Below are positions 58,751-64,000 of a stretch of DNA of 64,000 nt, one piece after another; position 1 is the stretch's first letter, and each line of letters starts with the position of its first letter. Below the pieces are notes generated by a model. It was not told where the DNA came from and made no database searches. It was given only the letters and a program-made list of their open reading frames with translations. This DNA is from Raja brachyura (taxonomy: Eukaryota). A program made the position numbers and the translations under genes. Where the stretch lies: NCBI GenBank assembly GCA_963514005.1, contig OY740784.1, positions 12,338,001-12,402,000 on the forward strand, in the 5' to 3' direction.

Positions 58751-60736
58751 AACCGCGACATTGGTTCTAACCATTTAATATCAACTATTAACATATTTTT
58801 AATATACAAGGGCTTGCATGCCAATATTATGTATAATCAGCTAAGAGGAGAAATATACAGATATAAAACTTTCTTTTTCACAAATAATAGCAAATCCACA
58901 CCACAGTGGAGCGGCATAGATTCTAAGCTTCAGCAGCTCCAGGGCACAGCAGAACTAATGCTCCTTCGAGAATCGCCATGAAATAAAAGGGTAATATCAA
59001 AGTCCCCAACCCTCAGCTATCTATCTCTGCAGATGAGGTGTAGAGAGATCCTTTCACATCCTGACTCATTGACGGATTTAACTCGCCCTAATCAAAACAA
59101 CGTCAGTATTTGAATTTTGTGCATTGTTGTCGCTATATCCATGATATATCACAGAAGCTCAGAAGAATGAAAGGGGAGAACTTTACATATTTATTGTTCC
59201 ATGTACCCAGCACAGAAAATCATATCTCCAGAACATTTGCCAATGATTGACATACTTTTAATTTAAATATATTTTTTATTTGAAAGTACTTCACAACCCT
59301 TCAGAACTAAAGAAATGCAAAAATAGCAACCAACTCAATGATAATACTTTCCCTCCTAAACCAGCAGACTGCTACCAAATATACTGTTCCCCAGTATGTA
59401 CTCGTGAATTCTGTTTACATCTACCGTGCATGTTAAGCATAATTTTGCTTTATCCTTATTAGAAGTTTCTTTCCTAATTACCCAGCAAATGTTAATTTTG
59501 GTTAAGAAAAAGGAACAGTTTCACCTCAATTCAACGGCATTTCTCCCTCAAAATGAAGCTTTGGGCCAATGTTGATTGTGCAAGTACTGGCTACCTGTCA
59601 GAATGAGTCACAAGGAAGCCTCATCTGCTGACAACAAATTGTTTCTTTTCAGCTTGTGCACACTCGTTGATGAACTGTGGCAGCAAATTAAAAGTGCAGC
59701 ATTAAAACTGGAGGAAGATACACATGTACAGCATGGATGAGAGAATGTCTGCAGCTTTATTTAGCAGAGTTATAGCCGTGTGAAATGTAATTGTTCAAAA
59801 CAGCTGAAAATGCCGAGCTCTGGGAACACGTTGAAGAGAGGGGATAAAAAAAAATGCATAACACATTCAGAATTTTAACAAACGTATTAAATACAATTTT
59901 AAACATTGAGTTTAAAAAATGGAACAGTAAACAGGAAATCAATACATACGAGTTCAATGTATTAACCAAATTCTGGGGCAACTCAAATTACAGTCATTTT
60001 GAGCATCCGAGCATGCTTGATTGGAGACTCTAATGAAATGCTCATATTTACAGGCACTACCAAGCATGTCAGTCAACCGGCACCATCTAAAAAAATAACC
60101 TTCCATTAACTTTAGGTTTAAAAAGGATTTATCAAGATGGAATTGCTAAACTGAAAATTAAATTCAGGCACTTATAACATGAACCTGCATTAAAGAGTAG
60201 GAAAGGAGGAGGAGGTGCGTTGCAAATTCAGCCCGGCAATGTCTTTCACCCCTGCAAGGTTGCTATTTTTTCTGGAAGGAGAAAATCCCCCGGGTAAAGA
60301 AAATCAATACTGGTTAATAAAACATCAGGTGTGCAGACATAACTAGGTATGACTATTCCACTGCACAAGCCTGCTTGACTGCACCAGGTGCCATGACGAT
60401 TAGTCATCTAGTACAGACTGATGCTTGTGAAAATATGATGTTTTAGAAAGAAAAGTGGCTGCTTGAAAGAGGGGAAAAAATAAATTTTGAATAGATACTG
60501 AACGTTCAACTTGAAAAAACCCAGATGCTTTAAGAATGCATAATCACCATTGCTTGATATGAATCATGAGAAGGACCAGCAATGCATATGATTTTTAATT
60601 TTTCACCATTAGCATTCATTAGCTCTGTAATCTGCTTAACATGTTTTTGTTTCCTTAAAGACCTTATTGGATAAATTAAAATCTTTTTAAGATTATAGAC
60701 CTTTCTAAAAAAAAACCTGCTTTACAAAGAGAGTAC

Positions 60737-60844
60737 CTTATCGTGCACGATCATACAACTTGCTGCATCTTTCTGTAGGATTTCTGTCACTCCATTACCC
60801 AGTCTTTCATACTTGAGCTTTGGCTCCTCTTCGCTTTCTTCCTC
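60737..60844 (-). CDS. VPS41: VPS41 coding exon (equivalent to human exon 3), EEESEEEPKLKYERLGNGVTEILQKDAASCMIVHDK
   Basis: Manual minus-strand translation closely matches human VPS41 as recalled (EEESEEEPKLKYERLSNGVTEILQKDAASCMTVHDK). CAG acceptor at 60845-60847, GT donor at 60735-60736, 108 bp, phase 0. Confidence 0.96.
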
Positions 60845-61616
60845 CTGTGTTTAAATGAAATATAAAAAACAACAGCTAAATGAACTGATAATTTCCAGGT
60901 TTTACTCTCTTAAAACCACAAAAACAATTACCTTGGAACTACTGTTATCCCAGGACAACCATGAATTATTGATTGTCTGCCAAGATTCCACCTACGGGAA
61001 ATTAAAGTGGCAGACCAACTACTTATAATTTTTTGAGTCACCGAATGTGCCCTGTTTGATTACATGCAGGGATATTTTTGTTAACATGGCTACAAAAGTG
61101 ACTCGTACTACCCGCATGGTTTTCAGAAATCAGCTAAAGCTAAAAGAATTTACTCACCAAAAACAACTAATCACATCATGACACTGCTCCTTTGTATAAT
61201 ATTTTTCTGGATCGGAGTGATGGATGACTGTGCTGGGGAGGAGAATATTCTATTTTTCAAACAACTGACAATGCCAAGCTCTAAGATTAGAAACAAAAAA
61301 AAGGCCAGGGGAGCTGTCTATTCCCACCACCCCCTCGGGTCATCATCTAAGGGGTTGTGATGGCTTGAGGACTGAATCCCTAACCTAATGGCCCCTTATT
61401 TCAAGGATTTTCAATAGCCAAAACAATGCCAAATGGAAAATCTAGTCTAAAATGTTAAATTAGTGCAAAACTGGAATATTTATTCTCCTTATAGTAACAA
61501 AGGCTAATTTGATATGATTCCAAAAACTACACAGGATTATTAAGTTTTTAAGAGACAAGATAGGAATAAATGCTTTCCACTAACAGGCAAGTCAGTGACC
61601 AGAAACTAACATAAGT

Positions 61617-61910
61617 TTGAAGAAGGGTCTCAACATGAAATGTCACCCATTTCTTCTCTCCAGAGATGCTGTCTGTCCCGCTGAGTTACTCCAGCATTTT
61701 GTGACTACCTTCTTCTTCTTCTTCTTCTTCTTCTTGCGTATGGCGTGCACAGCCTAAAGTTGTAGTACAACTTGTTCTATTTGATCTTATTTGATTGTGC
61801 ACGCCGGGTTGATTGCATTTGTCGAAACAGGGCAGACCACGTGAAGGTTGCAAACTTCCACCCCGTGTCTACCTTCGATTTAAACCAGCATCTGCAGTTC
61901 TTTCCTACAG
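61617..61910 (+). mobile_element. Penelope terminal repeat interrupted by a minus-strand (GAA)n-tailed retroelement end (about 61712-61864)
   Basis: The repeat resumes after the insert, GTG(A/T)CTACCTTC is duplicated at both sides, and a (CTT)n run marks the tail. Confidence 0.72.
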
Positions 61911-62118
61911 ATTTACGCTAACATGCAGAAAACCCAGCGGAAAAATGAGGATTATTATATTTTATTGTGACAAAGCAACTTACGATCCAGAATTCATACC
62001 ATGAAATGTTCGTGGAACCGATTCAATACTAATTATTTACAAGAGGGAAAATAATAAAAATTTCCCAAGAAAGCAATCAGCAAAGCTATGTGAAAATGCT
62101 ACAAGAATGGGCCAAATG

Positions 62119-63145
62119 TAGGTATGTTACAAAACTTACCTTTAGCGGCGCTGCACTTCTGCCGCTCCCCGTGTGCGCGACTTTCGCGCCTTGCAGAGGG
62201 GGGCGGGCTTAAAGTGCCGTTTTTCCACAGGCCTGGATAATCGATGAATGTCGGGCGATTTGGTTGCTGAAGAAAAATCGCTCCGACATTTCATCAATGA
62301 AGGTTTTTTTTAAATTACTCTAGTTAATAAATAATCTAGAGTAATTTAAAAATCACCTTCAAAAGCCGTGACCGCAGACAACCGGAAGCATTTTGCGTAG
62401 GGAAGAAAAAAAGGTAAATATTTTATTTTTATATTAAAAGTTGGTTTTTCGGGAGGCATTAATAATATTTTTATGTTGCGAAATGGGTTCCCCAAAAAAT
62501 GTATGAACCCCCAGTATTTTTCCCCCCGACTTCACCGCTAACCGCAACGTTCCAATCCACCGCATTCCGCTAAAACCCACTCGCTAGTTGATTTAAATGG
62601 CCATTAATTTACAGGCATAAAACACTAAATTTGGCCCAGAAATTCATGAAAATGAGATTTTAAAATTATGTTATATTGTGGATTATTGTGTGAATGTTAT
62701 TTGGACACTTAGGTAATTTTAAAAAAGTTTATCTTTACTTAAGAAATTGATAGATGTTTAGATCTACTCATTGAATTTTGTAATTAGCTACAATTAGATA
62801 ACTAACTAATTATATGCTTTAATTTCAGGTCATCCAAGTAAGATTGTTTAATATTTGTTTCAGAATGCTTCAATCTATAATAACTGAAAATTTCATTGAG
62901 TTCTCTTAATTTTTAAGAATGTTATGGACATTTAACTTTTCCAGATCACAGCTTTTGAGTTAAGTCAATTGCAAGGCAATGGGAAGCAAGATGCTCATTT
63001 CCGAGTATGAAAATGGCCATAACTTTCTTAATACTGAAGATATGAAAGTAAATTAGGTGTCAAATTAAACTTCTTTTTATGCTTTATCTGATGGGATAAA
63101 TTGCAGACTTGATTTTTAAAATCTCAAAATTTTGTAACATTGCTA
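62119..63145. mobile_element. Non-autonomous TIR DNA transposon with 7-bp TSD, superfamily unassigned
   Basis: TIRs TAGGTATGTTACAAAA and TTTTGTAACATTGCTA (14/16 match). CCAAATG is duplicated at 62112-62118 and 63146-63152. No ORF. Confidence 0.78.
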
Positions 63146-64000
63146 CCAAATGATGTCAATAAATCGACAAGTGCAATTGGTTGACTAGTCTCCTGTAAAG
63201 AGGGCTCCGAGCAAGTAAGATGCATGCATCATATTTTTTGCACAACATGAATTGCACTAGACCAACTTCTTCCACGCAACACATTCTTCTTTTGTAACTA
63301 TTTTTAATCTAAACGCTGGTAAATAATGAATAAATAACATAGTAAATAGGGGGGGGGGGGGGGGAAATATGACCACATGAGTGGTCTCATCAAGATAGCA
63401 CTTGATGCTCATTTGAGGTACTAAACCCAACCAGTTCAGACCAAATTTTATTTTGTGAGGAAGAGGTACATCACATAATCGTCTTAACTTCAGGATGTCC
63501 TAAACCACTGTACATCATGGTTTTTTGAAGTATTGTCACTAACATATCACAAGATTTTCCATCATAGTGAACAATGCCATTCAACCCATCATGCCGACAT
63601 TATCATCCTTTTAAAAGTGTCATTAAATTAGTTACTTTTCCCTGTTTTTTTTTTCCAGAACACTACAACTTCACTTCTTTCAGAAATCAATATCCCTTAT
63701 CTCTCTCAGAGATAGTCCTGAGGATTGTGATCCTTTTACCACCTTCACTGTGAAAATCAGTTACAACACAAGCTTCACAAACGGAAGGCATTTGCAAACT
63801 AGGCTGCACACTCTCAGTTTTTAAATATGGTCCTCAAGGTTCCATTATGTGCACGCACCAATGCAGCCCAAAATTGTCCATGCATTTTCTTATGTCTGAC
63901 TGCATGCATGGATGCCTGAGGAACCAATGCCAACATGATCAAACTCAAACTGGATTGCTTATAAATCGGGGTGTTCCTTATTTGCCCAATGGAAACTTCC

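Noticed and set aside
60848-64000. VPS41 exons 1-2 and promoter (CpG-rich patch at 62145-62290)
   Set aside because: No convincing acidic N-terminal exon was found, and the CpG patch lies inside the TIR element 62119-63145.

Overview
Vertebrate genomic DNA, probably from a cartilaginous fish (inferred from the repeat families, not verified). The window lies within one minus-strand gene, VPS41 (HOPS complex subunit). Five short phase-0 coding exons (60737-60844, 57210-57287, 41931-42005, 17326-17388, 10112-10177) encode the N-terminal WD40 region, and both the start codon and the downstream exons were not found. The introns are packed with nested mobile elements: CR1, Rex1/Babar, L1 and Tx1-like LINEs, Penelope-like (GIY-YIG) fragments, tRNA-derived SINEs, an IR/DR Tc1 transposon, a Tigger/pogo fossil, PIF/Harbinger-like and hAT MITEs, Helitrons, a TIR element with a 7-bp TSD, and a 2.3-kb polypurine satellite. 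The most notable signals are (i) about 20 Penelope terminal-repeat fragments, many carrying a minimal hammerhead-ribozyme core and several inserted as short fold-back hairpins with target-site duplications, (ii) snap-back templated DNA at LINE 5' junctions, (iii) a satellite abutting a Helitron end, and (iv) an L1 inserted 45 nt from a splice acceptor. Most ORFs in the supplied track are repeat-derived or spurious. Repeat boundaries without TSDs are approximate, and family names come from motif recognition, not database searches.
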